Below are positions 9,225-19,206 of a stretch of 64,000 nucleotides of DNA, piece after piece. The stretch lies in contig CADBCY010000032.1 in NCBI GenBank assembly GCA_902793325.1, positions 6,924 to 70,923 on the forward strand. The letters run 5' to 3'. The stretch's first letter is position 1, and every line of letters begins with the position of its first letter. The DNA comes from an uncultured Eubacteriales bacterium. GTDB lineage: Bacteria; Bacillota; Clostridia; Christensenellales; Aristaeellaceae. A program made the position numbers and the translations under genes. The notes beneath the pieces were generated by a model that was not told the DNA's origin, searched no databases, and worked only from the letters and a program-made list of their open reading frames with translations.

Positions 9225-9818
9225 TTACAGGCCGGAGACGTCCAGCGTGGGCGTGGGCTCGGGCGTGAGCTCGGGCTCGGGCGTGGGCTCGTCGCCGCGC
9301 TTCTTGAAGTTGCCGCCGGGCTTGCCGCTGGGCGCGGGTTCCGGCACGGGCTCGGGGTCCGGCTCGGTGACCGCGCTCACGTCGGCGGGCGCGTAGCCCA
9401 GCCCCTGGTCGGCCATGAACATCATCTCGCCGTCGTAGTCCGGGAAGAAGTAGCTGGTATCGGTCAACCGGGTCACCTTCGCGCCGGGCAGGAGCGTGCT
9501 GTGCCGGATCACCAGGCAGTCGTAGCCGTCGATCTCCCTGCGGTCCAGGTCGTCCACGAAGCCCGCCAGCGCGTCGCTCCAGTCGTTCAGGAAGCCCTCG
9601 GGGTCGTCGGGGATGGGCAGGAAGTACACGTCGTAGTTCCTGCCTTCGTAATAGTAGTCCTTCTGGAACAGCTCGGGCGTTTCGCCCAGCAGCTCCTCGG
9701 GGCCGACGAAACGGGGCTCGGGTGTGGGGGTGGGTCGATGGGGCAGCTCCGACGCCAGCGCGGCGGGAACGGCCAGCAGCAGCGCCAGGGTCAGCATCGC
9801 GGCAAGCAGCTTTTTCAT
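9225..9818 (-). CDS. hypothetical secreted protein with a Pro/Glu/Thr-rich C-terminal tail
   Basis: 197 aa. Clear signal peptide MKKLLAAMLTLALLLAVPAALA and native codon bias. I recognise no domain. Confidence 0.6.
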   Translation of the reverse strand: MKKLLAAMLTLALLLAVPAALASELPHRPTPTPEPRFVGPEELLGETPELFQKDYYYEGRNYDVYFLPIPDDPEGFLNDWSDALAGFVDDLDRREIDGYDCLVIRHSTLLPGAKVTRLTDTSYFFPDYDGEMMFMADQGLGYAPADVSAVTEPDPEPVPEPAPSGKPGGNFKKRGDEPTPEPELTPEPTPTLDVSGL

Positions 9819-10076
9819 GGGGGTACCTCCTCAAAGTCGGCATTGGAACGGGTTTGCGGGTCCTGGTCGTCGCCGCGCGCATCGCGCGGCCCGGCGACCC
9901 GGCCGACGGGCCGGTTGCCCCATCATTATAACACAAACCGGCGCGAATGTGGTAGTGTTTTTTGCATCATCGACGGTTTCCGGCGCATATTTTCCCTCGA
10001 TATAATGCGCAGTACCTTTTCAAACGGCGAAAAACATGCTATGATGCTGACAACGAATGGATGGAGGTCGACCTGC

Positions 10077-11099
10077 TTGAAGCTGATTACCTTTACCGTG
10101 CCCTGCTACAATTCCGCCGCCTACATGGAGCACTGCGTGCACACGCTGCTGCGCGCGGGCGAGGAGGCGGAGATCATCCTGGTGAACGACGGCAGCGCCG
10201 ACGAGACCGGGGCCATCGCCGACCGCTTCGCCGCGCAGTACCCCACGATCGTGCGGGCGATCCACCAGGAGAACGGCGGCCACGGCGAGGGCGTGAACCA
10301 GGGCCTGCGCAACGCCACGGGCATGTACTTCAAGGTGGTGGACTCCGACGACTGGCTGGACACCGACGCGCTGGACCGGCTGATGGAGCAGCTCCGGCTG
10401 TCCGCCGCGTCCGACGCGCCCATCGACATGTTCGTGTGCAACTACGTGTACGAGCACGTGACCGACGACACGAGGCACGTGGTCCACTACCGCAACGCCC
10501 TGCCGGTGAACCGCCCCTTCACCTGGGATGAGATCGGCCGCTTCCGCCCCTCCCAGTTCATGATTATGCACGCGGTCATCTACCGCACGGCGGTGCTGCG
10601 CGAGGCGGGGCTGACGCTGCCCAAGCACACCTTCTACGTGGACAACGTGTTCGTGTACACGCCCCTGCCGCGGGTGAAGCGCCTCTATTACCTGGACGTG
10701 GACCTGTACCGCTACTTCATCGGCCGCGCGGACCAGTCCGTGAACGAGGAGAACATGATCCGCCGCGTGGACCAGCAGCTTCGGGTGACGCGCATCATCC
10801 TGGAGGCGCACGACCTGCAGGCGGTGGAGCAGACCAGCAAGCGGCTGGCGGGGTACATGTACCACTTCCTGTCCATCATGCTGATGATCTCCAACATCTA
10901 CCTGATGATGTCCGGCACCGACGAGAACCTCGCCAAGCAGCGCGCCCTCTGGCAGGACATGAAGGAGCAGGCCCCCGGCCTCTACCGCCGCATGCGCTAC
11001 CGCAGCGCGAACGTCTGCTTCCTGCTGCCCGGCAAAGTGGGCAGGGACATCGACATCTTCTTCTATAAGATGGCGAAGAAGATCTACAAGTTCAGCTAG
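10077..11099 (+). CDS. family 2 glycosyltransferase
   Basis: In frame with ORF 9198..11099. The likely start is TTG 10077 (GGAGG 9 nt upstream; alternative ATG 10041). Sequence reads KLITFTVPCYNSAAYMEHC...ILVNDGSADETG...VVDSDDW (DxD). Confidence 0.85.
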   Translation: MKLITFTVPCYNSAAYMEHCVHTLLRAGEEAEIILVNDGSADETGAIADRFAAQYPTIVRAIHQENGGHGEGVNQGLRNATGMYFKVVDSDDWLDTDALDRLMEQLRLSAASDAPIDMFVCNYVYEHVTDDTRHVVHYRNALPVNRPFTWDEIGRFRPSQFMIMHAVIYRTAVLREAGLTLPKHTFYVDNVFVYTPLPRVKRLYYLDVDLYRYFIGRADQSVNEENMIRRVDQQLRVTRIILEAHDLQAVEQTSKRLAGYMYHFLSIMLMISNIYLMMSGTDENLAKQRALWQDMKEQAPGLYRRMRYRSANVCFLLPGKVGRDIDIFFYKMAKKIYKFS

Positions 11100-11113
11100 G
11101 AACGATAGGATTG

Positions 11114-11152
11114 AAGGCGGCCGGCGCATGTTGTGCGCCGGCCGCCTTTTGT
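11114..11152. terminator. bidirectional hairpin terminator between convergent genes
   Basis: AAGGCGGCCGGCGCA-tgttg-TGCGCCGGCCGCCTT followed by TTG. Perfect 15 bp stem. Confidence 0.7.
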
Positions 11153-11166
11153 CCCTCCGCCGGGGA

Positions 11167-14100
11167 TCAGGCGCGGCCCGCCGGCAGTTGCCGGTGGATC
11201 AGCGCGCCCTGGTGCTCGTTGTCGATGGCCAGCACCGCGTCGAAGCACCGCATCGCCCGCTGCACGTCGCCCAGGCCGTAGCTGCCCAGCGCGATCAGGT
11301 ACTCGCAGTGGGCGCGGTTGGATACGGTCAGATCCGACTCGAACAGCTGCAGGTCCGGCAGGGACACGGCGAAGTAGTCGATCTTCACCCGGTCGTAGTA
11401 GTGCTTCTCGCCGTAGGAGATCAGCTTGTAGAAGCGCGCCCGCGCATGGTCCTCGTCGCCCAGCGCCCGGCTGGCCAGTCCCTCGTACAGGATCAGCTCC
11501 GCCGGCTGGTCGTTGTAGTACATGGCGCTGGCGGGCTCCTCGTTGCCCGCGGCGGCGCGGGACAGCTCCGCCACGGCGGCCGCCTCGTTGCCCAGTGCGC
11601 GCTCGGCCAGGCCCAGGTAATAGTGGATGTCGTTGTCCTTCGCGCCCTCCAGCTTGCCCTCGCCCAGGTTGTGGGGGAAGGTCAGCGCGCGCTCGAGCAG
11701 CTCCTTTGCCTTCGCGGCGTCGCCGTCCGCCAGGGCGCGCTTCGCCAACTGCTTCAGCGCGACGGCGTACTGGGTGGTCACCTTGCCTTCGCCACCCTCC
11801 CACGGGTGGAAGTGATGGGCCATGATGAGCTCCAGCGCCTTCTCGTGCTCGCCCCTGTGGTTGAGCATGGCGCAGTACTCCACGTACAGGTCGTCCCGGC
11901 GGAAGGCCACGTCGCGGTGGGCGTCCAGGAAGGCGAAGCGCTGCTCCAGCGGCACGTTCAGCTTGTGGTAGAGCTGGTCCAGCTCCAGCAGCACGCGGGC
12001 GTCGTCCTCGTTCAGCGCGTAGGCCTTCTCCAGCGCCGCGCGGGCCTTTTCGGGCGCCTTCTGCTTGTTGAAGTACGCCAGCGCCAGGTTGCGCCACACC
12101 GTGGGGAACGCCGGGTCGAGCGCCGCGCTGCGCTCCCACAGCTCAATGGCCTCCCCGAAGCGCCTGCGGTCGTAGCACAGGCAGCCCAGGTAGTAGGGCG
12201 CCTTGCTGTCGGCGGGATTGTTCGCGATGGCGTATTCCAGCGCCAGGATGTCCTCCAGCTTGTTGGGGAAGCAGTACAGGCTGTCGGCCGCGGCGGCGTC
12301 CGCCAGGGACTGGCGCGCTTCGTCCGCGTCCAGCTTCGCGGCGTACAGCGCCCTGTGGTAGAACACCATGGGGCCGGGGTTCGGGCAGCGGTCGAGGATG
12401 TCCACGGCGTCGGCGTAGTAGCCCGCCTCGGCGTAGTCGATGGCCGCCTCGATGAAGCTCGACGCGCGGCCGTTCATCAGCCGGAGCGCGCCGTCCACGT
12501 CGCCGGACTCGATGCGCGACACGTAGTCGAAGGCGTCCAGCGCCAGGTTCGCGGCATACCAGGCCTCGGCCTCGCCGTCGCGGCCCAGGCTGTCCAGGAT
12601 CATGCCCTTCAGCGCGCGGGCCTTGAGGTTGTGGTAGTTCTTCACCAGGCTGCGCTCGATGTGCTCCAGCGCCAGGGCGTAGTCCCCGCGGCGGCAGTCG
12701 ATGGCCGCGATGAAGTAGTAGCCGGTCTCCTGCTCCGCCGCCGTCCAGGTGGCCTTGTAGAAGGCGTCGTAGGCTTCGTCGTCGCGGCCCTGGTACATCA
12801 GCGCAAGGCCCAGGTTCATGTAGGGCTCGCCGGAGTAGGGGTTGGGGTTGCGCCCGGTCATGCGGGCGATGGCGGCGCGGAAGCGGGCCTCGGCGTCGGC
12901 GAACTGCCCGCGGCGCAGCAGCAGCATGCCGTAGGCGTTGTTCGCGCGGATGTCGCCCGGGTCGCGGCGCAGCGCTTCTTCATAGTAGTCGTCGGGCAGG
13001 TAGGTGGCGTGGCGGTACTGCTCGAGGTGCAGGCCGGTCAGGTACAGCTCCTCCACGGTCATGATGTCCTTCGGGTCCTTGGCGGCGGCGGCGGGGTCGG
13101 GGATCTCCTCGATCTTCGCCTCCGCGGCGCGGTAGGACAGCAGCTTCCGCCCGGACGCATCGTACACGCTCAGCTCCAGCGCGGTGTCGGGAGCGTCCAC
13201 GGCGACCTCGTCCCGAAGCACGTCCACGGGGCTGATCGTCGCCACCCGGTCGTAGATCACCCGGCCGTCGTTCGTCAGCACGACGCGGGCGTCCCTGTAG
13301 ACGCCGGTGGCGTAGACGGTGACGACCGCCTTGCCGTCGCCGTTTTCCAGGTTCAGCACCACCTCGGTGCTGGCGTTCTTCACGTAGCCCGCCGCCTTGT
13401 AGGGCATGAAGTACTGGGTGAAGGTCTTTTCCTCGAAGGGCTTGAGCCACGCGAAGTCCGGCTGGTTGTCGCAGTACATGCCGGTCATCAGCTCGATGTA
13501 GGGGCCGTTGGCGTCGGTGAGGTTGCGGTCCCAGGCCTGGCCGAAGTCGCCGTTGCCCCAGGTCCACTGCTTCTTGCCGGGGGAGACGTGGTGGTCGGCG
13601 ATGTGCAGTATGCCCGCCTCCACGCCGTAGTCGTAGCCGCCCACGAAGTTGAAGTCGGAGTGCGCGCACATGTAGCTGGTGGGCACGGGGATGTTCCGGT
13701 AGCGGGAGATGTCCACGCCCGCGCCGTAGTCGTGCTTGTAATACTCGCCCGTGGCGATGGGGAACGTCGAAACGGCGCGCTTGCCGTGGTCGAACACGGC
13801 GTTCACGTCCGGCGGGAACACGGACTGGGTGTTGTCGTTCACCGCCACGGCGGGGTTCGCCCACCACAGGAAGGTCTGCGGGAGGTTCGTGCGGTTGTAG
13901 AGCTGGCCCCTGATCTCGATGTACGCCTTCCCGGGGTAGACGGTGAAGGTCATCTTGCCCTTGGTGCCGTACATCTGGTCCACCTCGCTGAGCTCCACCG
14001 AGGCGCTGCCGTCCGCGTGGTCGACGATGCGCCAGTCCACCGGCGCGAAGGTGGTGGGGCGGTGGTGCTGGGGCCAGTTGAACTCGATGCCGCCGCTGAT

Positions 14101-14442
14101 CCACGGGCCGAGCAGGCCCACCAGCGCGGGCTTGACGACCTCGTTGTAGTACACGAAGTCGTAGCCGTTGGTCTTGTCCTGGGCGCGCTGGATGCGGCCG
14201 CCCAGCTCGGGCAGCACCAGCACGCGGAGGTATTCGTTCTCCAGCCACACGGCGGTGTAGTCCTTGTCCCGCTTTTCGTCCAGGATCTTGTCCACCACGG
14301 GCAGGGGGTACACCTTGCCGCTGGAGCCCTGGTACACGCGCTTCTCCAGGAACATGGGGTTGCGGTCCGGCTTGCCGATGCCGTAGGTGGGCAGGGTGAT
14401 CTTCTCCACCCGCACTTCCGCTCTGTTGACGAACTGATCCAT
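11167..14442 (-). CDS. DUF5107-type N-terminal domain fused to a long TPR-repeat region (1091 aa)
   Basis: The N-terminus PTYGIGKPDRNPMFLEKRVYQGSSGKVYP...GGIEFNWPQHHRP matches my memory of DUF5107 proteins. The C-terminal two-thirds is made of repeated A/L/Y-rich TPR-like units. Confidence 0.7.
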   Translation of the reverse strand: MDQFVNRAEVRVEKITLPTYGIGKPDRNPMFLEKRVYQGSSGKVYPLPVVDKILDEKRDKDYTAVWLENEYLRVLVLPELGGRIQRAQDKTNGYDFVYYNEVVKPALVGLLGPWISGGIEFNWPQHHRPTTFAPVDWRIVDHADGSASVELSEVDQMYGTKGKMTFTVYPGKAYIEIRGQLYNRTNLPQTFLWWANPAVAVNDNTQSVFPPDVNAVFDHGKRAVSTFPIATGEYYKHDYGAGVDISRYRNIPVPTSYMCAHSDFNFVGGYDYGVEAGILHIADHHVSPGKKQWTWGNGDFGQAWDRNLTDANGPYIELMTGMYCDNQPDFAWLKPFEEKTFTQYFMPYKAAGYVKNASTEVVLNLENGDGKAVVTVYATGVYRDARVVLTNDGRVIYDRVATISPVDVLRDEVAVDAPDTALELSVYDASGRKLLSYRAAEAKIEEIPDPAAAAKDPKDIMTVEELYLTGLHLEQYRHATYLPDDYYEEALRRDPGDIRANNAYGMLLLRRGQFADAEARFRAAIARMTGRNPNPYSGEPYMNLGLALMYQGRDDEAYDAFYKATWTAAEQETGYYFIAAIDCRRGDYALALEHIERSLVKNYHNLKARALKGMILDSLGRDGEAEAWYAANLALDAFDYVSRIESGDVDGALRLMNGRASSFIEAAIDYAEAGYYADAVDILDRCPNPGPMVFYHRALYAAKLDADEARQSLADAAAADSLYCFPNKLEDILALEYAIANNPADSKAPYYLGCLCYDRRRFGEAIELWERSAALDPAFPTVWRNLALAYFNKQKAPEKARAALEKAYALNEDDARVLLELDQLYHKLNVPLEQRFAFLDAHRDVAFRRDDLYVEYCAMLNHRGEHEKALELIMAHHFHPWEGGEGKVTTQYAVALKQLAKRALADGDAAKAKELLERALTFPHNLGEGKLEGAKDNDIHYYLGLAERALGNEAAAVAELSRAAAGNEEPASAMYYNDQPAELILYEGLASRALGDEDHARARFYKLISYGEKHYYDRVKIDYFAVSLPDLQLFESDLTVSNRAHCEYLIALGSYGLGDVQRAMRCFDAVLAIDNEHQGALIHRQLPAGRA

Positions 14443-14482
14443 GGTTTTCTCCTCCCAGGCAAATTTTGGTCGCGCCAGTGAC

Positions 14483-14511
14483 TTGACTTTGTTACATGTA
14501 TGTAATACAAT
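14483..14511 (+). promoter_or_regulatory. sigma-70-type promoter TTGACT-17-TACAAT, with an inverted repeat TTACAT-gt-ATGTAA in the spacer
   Basis: Read directly from the sequence. The inverted repeat occupies 14492-14505. The element lies upstream of the AraC-family gene and is divergent from the DUF5107 gene. Confidence 0.55.
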
Positions 14512-14650
14512 GATAGGGTTAATGTACCCCGGCGCTGGTTGCGCCCGTCACGCTGCGCAAAGCGAAGGCGGAGGGTTTCCGCCATCCTTCGCTTCGCGCA
14601 GGATGGCCGGCGCGCACGAAGCGTCGTGATCCCCTGATGGAGGTGGACGG

Positions 14651-15499
14651 ATGCGTCCCTTTGGCCGCGGCATACTGCCGGAATCACAAATCTATCTCTA
14701 CGATCCCGCCGAAACCGACCGGCAGATCTTCCTGTACGCCCTGTGCACCGGGCACTACCGCTGCAGCGGCGAGTACGCGGTGAGCCGCCAGAGCTACAAC
14801 AGCTTCCTGCTGCTGTACATGGCTTCCGGCGAGGGCTGGGTGATGAAGGACGGCCGGCGCGTGGCGCTGCCGGAGCGCGGCTTCGCGCTGCTGGACTGCT
14901 ACCGTCCCCACGCCTACGGCTCGGACGCGGGCTGCGAGCTGTACTGGGTGCACTTCGACGGCCCCGAGGCCCGGCGCTACTACGAGCTGATCTCCGCCCG
15001 GCCGGGCATGCAGCCCGCCCACTTCGACCGCGCGCGGCGGGCCGTCACCGAGCTGAGCGCCCGCACGGAGCAGGACGGCCAGTTGATCGAGGCCCCGGAG
15101 GTGCACCGGCTGCTGACGAACCTGCTGACGGAATTCATGGTGGACGGCGGGCGGCGCGGCGCGGACGGGCAGGACATCATCGAGGACATCCGCAGCTACA
15201 TCCTGGAGAACGCCAGCCGCGATCTGACCCTGGACGCCCTGGCGGACCTGGCGCGGATGAGCCCGTTCCACTTCTCGCGCCAGTTCAAGCGCTACGTGGG
15301 CGTGTCGCCCCACACCTACCTGGTGGCGACGCGCATCAACACCGCGCGGTTCTACCTGGCCTCCTCGGACCTGACGGTCAAGGAGATCGCGTACAACTGC
15401 GGCTTCTCCAGCGTGAGCAGCTTCTGCACCAGCTTCAAGAAGAACGTGGGCTCGACCCCCATGGACTACCGCGCGGCGCACGTCTCCGCGCCGGAATGA
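14651..15499 (+). CDS. AraC-family transcriptional regulator (cupin-like N-terminus, HTH_18 C-terminus)
   Basis: 282 aa. The C-terminal LTLDALADLARMSPFHFSRQFKRYVGVSPHTYLVATRINTARFYL...TVKEIAYNCGFSSVSSFCTSFKK is a typical AraC double HTH. Confidence 0.9.
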   Translation: MRPFGRGILPESQIYLYDPAETDRQIFLYALCTGHYRCSGEYAVSRQSYNSFLLLYMASGEGWVMKDGRRVALPERGFALLDCYRPHAYGSDAGCELYWVHFDGPEARRYYELISARPGMQPAHFDRARRAVTELSARTEQDGQLIEAPEVHRLLTNLLTEFMVDGGRRGADGQDIIEDIRSYILENASRDLTLDALADLARMSPFHFSRQFKRYVGVSPHTYLVATRINTARFYLASSDLTVKEIAYNCGFSSVSSFCTSFKKNVGSTPMDYRAAHVSAPE

Positions 15500-15526
15500 C
15501 GAGGGCTTCCGCGCGCCCTATCGCGC

Positions 15527-15581
15527 CCGAATGACGCCTGAATGACGCCCGAATGACGCCCAAATCCGCCCCAAACGGCCC
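15527..15581 (+). repeat. short tandem array of an 11-nt unit (CCGAATGACGC x3, plus two degenerate units)
   Basis: ccgaatgacgc ctgaatgacgc ccgaatgacgc ccaaatccgcc ccaaacggccc. A further GAATGACG overlaps the AraC stop at 15497-15499. Confidence 0.6.
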
Positions 15582-15598
15582 GTTTTGGGTAAACACTG

Positions 15599-15638
15599 CC
15601 CCCGGTTCGGCCTTCCGAGCCGGGGGCGGGGTGTTTTA
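15599..15638. terminator. hairpin terminator between the convergent AraC and ABC binding-protein genes
   Basis: CCCCCGGTTCGG-cctt-CCGAGCCGGGGG (one G-U pair), then GGGGTGTTTTA. Confidence 0.6.
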
Positions 15639-15665
15639 TGGGACGATGACTTCGCTCGGAAGCGA

Positions 15666-16649
15666 TCAGCCCAGGATGTCGTGATAGTTCTCGGGCGTGG
15701 TGATCTCGGCGGGCACGGCGGTCTCCATGGAAACCTCGTTGCCGTCGATGACGTCGAACAGGGTGTTCACGGAATAGGTGCCGATGGCGACGTCGGAGAA
15801 GTACGGGGCCGCGCGCAGGCAGGAGCCCTTCTCATACTCTTCGGCGGCCATGTAGGCGCCCATGCCCACGCAGGCGGACTCGGCGTCCACGCCGGCGGTC
15901 TCCAGCGCGCGGACCACGCCGATGATGCCTTCCTCGTTGGCGCCCATGACCATCCACTTGGTGATCTGGGGGTTGCCGGTGATGATGGCGGCGGAGTTCA
16001 CGTTGCCCTTCTCGGTGGTGCCGTCATAGTCGGCGTAGAACAGGCGGCCGTTGGCGTTGTCGGCGAACTCGGGGAAGCGGGAGATCAGCACGTCGTACTC
16101 GCCGTCGGTGCGCGGCACGCAGCTGGACACGGTGGACATGGTCATGATCAGCACGCCGCAGGTCTCGTCCTCGACCAAGTTGTTCTCGGCCATGTAGTCG
16201 CACAGCCACTCGGCGCAGGAGGAGCCGATGTCATAGCCGGCGATGCCGACCCAGGGCGCGATCTTCTCGCCGTTCATTTCCAGCGCGTCGTCGCAGGCCA
16301 CGACCGCGATGCCGTACTCGTTGCACTTGTCGACGATGTTCTGAGACATGGTCTGGTCGGGGGTGCAGGTCACGATGCCGTCGGCGCCGTTGGAATAGGC
16401 GCGGTCGATGGCGTCCAGCATCTTCTGGCCGTCCAGGGCGACGTCTTCGTAAACATACTCGCCGCCGGCCTCTTCGACGGTCTTGCGGGCCGCAGCGCCT
16501 TCGTTCAGGAACCACTCCTGATCGCCGGACTTATAGATGCCGTAGACGACCAGCTTGCCGTCGCCGTTCTTGTCGTGCAGCACCTCCGCGAACGCGCAGC
16601 TGCCGATGGCCAGCATTGCAACCAGAACCAGAGCCAGGATCTTCTTCAT
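15666..16649 (-). CDS. sugar ABC transporter substrate-binding lipoprotein (ribose/xylose-type periplasmic binding protein family)
   Basis: 327 aa. Signal and lipobox MKKILALVLVAMLAIGSC. Last gene of an ATPase-permease-binding-protein operon. Confidence 0.85.
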   Translation of the reverse strand: MKKILALVLVAMLAIGSCAFAEVLHDKNGDGKLVVYGIYKSGDQEWFLNEGAAARKTVEEAGGEYVYEDVALDGQKMLDAIDRAYSNGADGIVTCTPDQTMSQNIVDKCNEYGIAVVACDDALEMNGEKIAPWVGIAGYDIGSSCAEWLCDYMAENNLVEDETCGVLIMTMSTVSSCVPRTDGEYDVLISRFPEFADNANGRLFYADYDGTTEKGNVNSAAIITGNPQITKWMVMGANEEGIIGVVRALETAGVDAESACVGMGAYMAAEEYEKGSCLRAAPYFSDVAIGTYSVNTLFDVIDGNEVSMETAVPAEITTPENYHDILG

Positions 16650-16723
16650 GATACTTACCTCCTAGAAATGTTGTTATGTTCAAGGCGCAGTCGCCTTAAC
16701 ATCCTGCCTGTGGGGGAAGGGAG

Positions 16724-17707
16724 TTACCGGTTTTTCTTGCTCTCCGCCAGCAGCCGCTTCTCGTTGTTGACCTTGCGGATGTAGTCGGCGGTCAGGGCGA
16801 TGAGCAGCAGCGCGCCCTTGCCGACGTACTGCCAGAAGTTGGCGTTGGGGATGCCCACCATGTTGAGGCCCGTGTTGAAGCTCTGGATCAGCAGCACGCC
16901 GATCACCGTGCCCAGCATGTTGCCCACGCCGCCGGAGAAGGACACGCCGCCCAGTATGACGGCCGTGATGGCGTCGAACTCCAGGTTGATGTTGGCCGCG
17001 GGCTGGCCGGACTGGAGCCTGGCCACGTACACGATGCCGCCCACCGAGCACAGAAGGCCCATCGTGACGAAGGAGATGGTGACGATGCGCTTGGGGTTCA
17101 TGCCCGCCAGGCGCGCCGCCTGGGCGTTGCCGCCGATGGCGTACACGCTGCGGCCGAAGCGCGTCTTTGCCAGGATGACGCCGCCGATGATGAAGGCGAT
17201 GATCATCAGCCACACGCTGAAGGGCAGCCCCAGCAGCCTCGCCTTGCCGACCCAGATGAAGGTCTGGTCGGTGATGCCGATGGACTTGCCGTCGCAGATG
17301 ATGTAGGCGAAGCCGCGCATGATGGACTGCGTGACCAGGGTGGCGATGAAGGCCTCCAGCTTCAGCTGGTTGACCATGAAGGCGTTGCACAGGCCCACGA
17401 TGGCGCCCACCACCATGGTGACCAGCAGCGTGGGGGCGAAGCCCACGCCCCGGGACACCAGCAGCGCGCTGAGCACGCCCAGGAAGGCGACCAGAGAGCC
17501 GGGGGACAGGTCGTTCTGGCCCTCGATGATGAGGTAGGTGTGGCCGATGGCCACCAGGCCCACCAGCGACGCCGCGATCAGTATGTTCACCATGTTGATG
17601 GTGGTGAAGTAGTTGCGGTTCAGCAGCGAGAACACCGCGATGACCACGACGAGGGCAATGACCAGCACGATCAGGTTGCCGTTGATTCTCAGTCCCTTTT
17701 TCTTCAT
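16724..17707 (-). CDS. sugar ABC transporter permease (RbsC/BPD_transp_2 type)
   Basis: 327 aa polytopic protein with ...GGNAQAARLAGMNPKRI..., typical of CUT2 permeases. Its start overlaps the ATPase stop (17704-17707). Confidence 0.88.
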   Translation of the reverse strand: MKKKGLRINGNLIVLVIALVVVIAVFSLLNRNYFTTINMVNILIAASLVGLVAIGHTYLIIEGQNDLSPGSLVAFLGVLSALLVSRGVGFAPTLLVTMVVGAIVGLCNAFMVNQLKLEAFIATLVTQSIMRGFAYIICDGKSIGITDQTFIWVGKARLLGLPFSVWLMIIAFIIGGVILAKTRFGRSVYAIGGNAQAARLAGMNPKRIVTISFVTMGLLCSVGGIVYVARLQSGQPAANINLEFDAITAVILGGVSFSGGVGNMLGTVIGVLLIQSFNTGLNMVGIPNANFWQYVGKGALLLIALTADYIRKVNNEKRLLAESKKNR

Positions 17708-19206
17708 TTTGCGCTCCCCTCCATCATGCCAAGGCTCAACAGCCTGGGTTCCGTCGCGTCCTCCCGCATCACTTCACCGCTGACCTTGCGCCCGCGCATG
17801 ACGATGATCCGGTCGGACAGGCCGATGATCTCCGGAAGCTCCGAGGAGATCAGTATGACGCCCAGCCCCTGCTTGGCGAAGCTGCAAATCATGTGGTAGA
17901 ATTCCGACTTCGCGCCCACGTCGATGCCCTTGGTGGGCTCGTCCAGGATCAGCACCTTCGGGGCGGTGCCCATCCAGCGGGCCACGATGCACTTCTGCTG
18001 GTTGCCGCCGGACAGCTCCACGATCTTCTTGTCCGGCGAGGGCGTCTTGATGTTGAACGCCCGGATGCCCTCGTCGGCGGCCTCCGCCTCCATGCGGGCG
18101 CTGACGAAGCCGAGCTTGTTGGAGTGCTGGCGAAGCTGGGAGATGTTGATGTTGCCGGACACGGAGAGGTTGGCCAGGATGCCCTGGTCCTTGCGGTCCT
18201 CCGGCACCAGCACGATGCCCAGCGCCTGCGCCTCGGCGGGGGACTTGCAGGCGATCTTCTTCCCCTCCAGGAAGACCTCGCCCTTCGTCATGCGGTCCGC
18301 GCCGATGATGGCGCGCATGACCTCCGTGCGCCCCGCGCCGACCAGACCCGAGAAGCCGAGCACCTCGCCGCGGTGGAGCTGGAAGGACACGCCGTCCACG
18401 TAGTCGGACTCCAGGTCCCGGACCTCCAGCAGCACGTCGCCGATCTGCTTGTCGCGGTCCAGGGAATCGTAGATGTCGCCCAGGTCGCGGCCCACCATCA
18501 GGCGGATCATCTCCGGCTCGCTGGCGGTGCGGGCGTCCAGCGTGGTGACGTAGCGCCCGTCCTTGAAGATGGCCACCTTGTCCGCGATCTGCTTGATCTC
18601 GTTCATGCGGTGGGAGACATAGATGATGATCTTGCCCTCGTTGCGGAGCTTGTTGATGATCCTGAACAGGCACTCGATCTCCGCGTCGGACAGCGAGGCC
18701 GTCGGCTCGTCGAAGCAGATGACCTTCAGGTTGTCGCGGCTGTAGGACTTCATGATCTCCACCATCTGCTGGTAGGCGATGGAGAGCTCGTGCACCTTCG
18801 CGGTGGGCGAGATGGGCAGCTCGAAGTCGTCGATGATCTTCTGCGCCATGGCGTTGACGCGCCGCATGTCGATGAAGCCCATCTTCGTGGGCATGCGGCC
18901 GAGGTAGATGTTCTCCGCCACGGACAGCGCCGGGAGGATCTGCCGCTCCTGGTAGATGACGCTGATGCCGGCCTCGATGGCCTCCTGCGGGTTCTTGAAG
19001 TGGGCCTCCGCGCCGTCGATCAGGTACTGGCCCTCGTCCGGCTGGTAGTCGCCGTTGAGCGTCTTGAGCAGTGTGCTCTTGCCCGCACCGTTCTCGCCGA
19101 GGAATGCCAGCACCTCGCCGCCGTTGGCCTCAAAGCTGACGTCGTCCAGCGCCTTTACGCCGGGAAAGTACTTGGTGATGTGCCGGAATTCCAGCTTTTC
19201 CGCCAT
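17704..19206 (-). CDS. sugar ABC transporter ATP-binding protein with duplicated ATPase domains (RbsA/MglA type)
   Basis: ORF 17704..19749 trimmed to MAEKLEFRHITKYFPGVKAL (ATG 19206). Walker A motifs GENGAGKST and GLVGAGRTE, signature LSGGNQQK. The upstream part of the track ORF is GC-artefact sequence. Confidence 0.9.
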   Translation of the reverse strand: MAEKLEFRHITKYFPGVKALDDVSFEANGGEVLAFLGENGAGKSTLLKTLNGDYQPDEGQYLIDGAEAHFKNPQEAIEAGISVIYQERQILPALSVAENIYLGRMPTKMGFIDMRRVNAMAQKIIDDFELPISPTAKVHELSIAYQQMVEIMKSYSRDNLKVICFDEPTASLSDAEIECLFRIINKLRNEGKIIIYVSHRMNEIKQIADKVAIFKDGRYVTTLDARTASEPEMIRLMVGRDLGDIYDSLDRDKQIGDVLLEVRDLESDYVDGVSFQLHRGEVLGFSGLVGAGRTEVMRAIIGADRMTKGEVFLEGKKIACKSPAEAQALGIVLVPEDRKDQGILANLSVSGNINISQLRQHSNKLGFVSARMEAEAADEGIRAFNIKTPSPDKKIVELSGGNQQKCIVARWMGTAPKVLILDEPTKGIDVGAKSEFYHMICSFAKQGLGVILISSELPEIIGLSDRIIVMRGRKVSGEVMREDATEPRLLSLGMMEGSAK

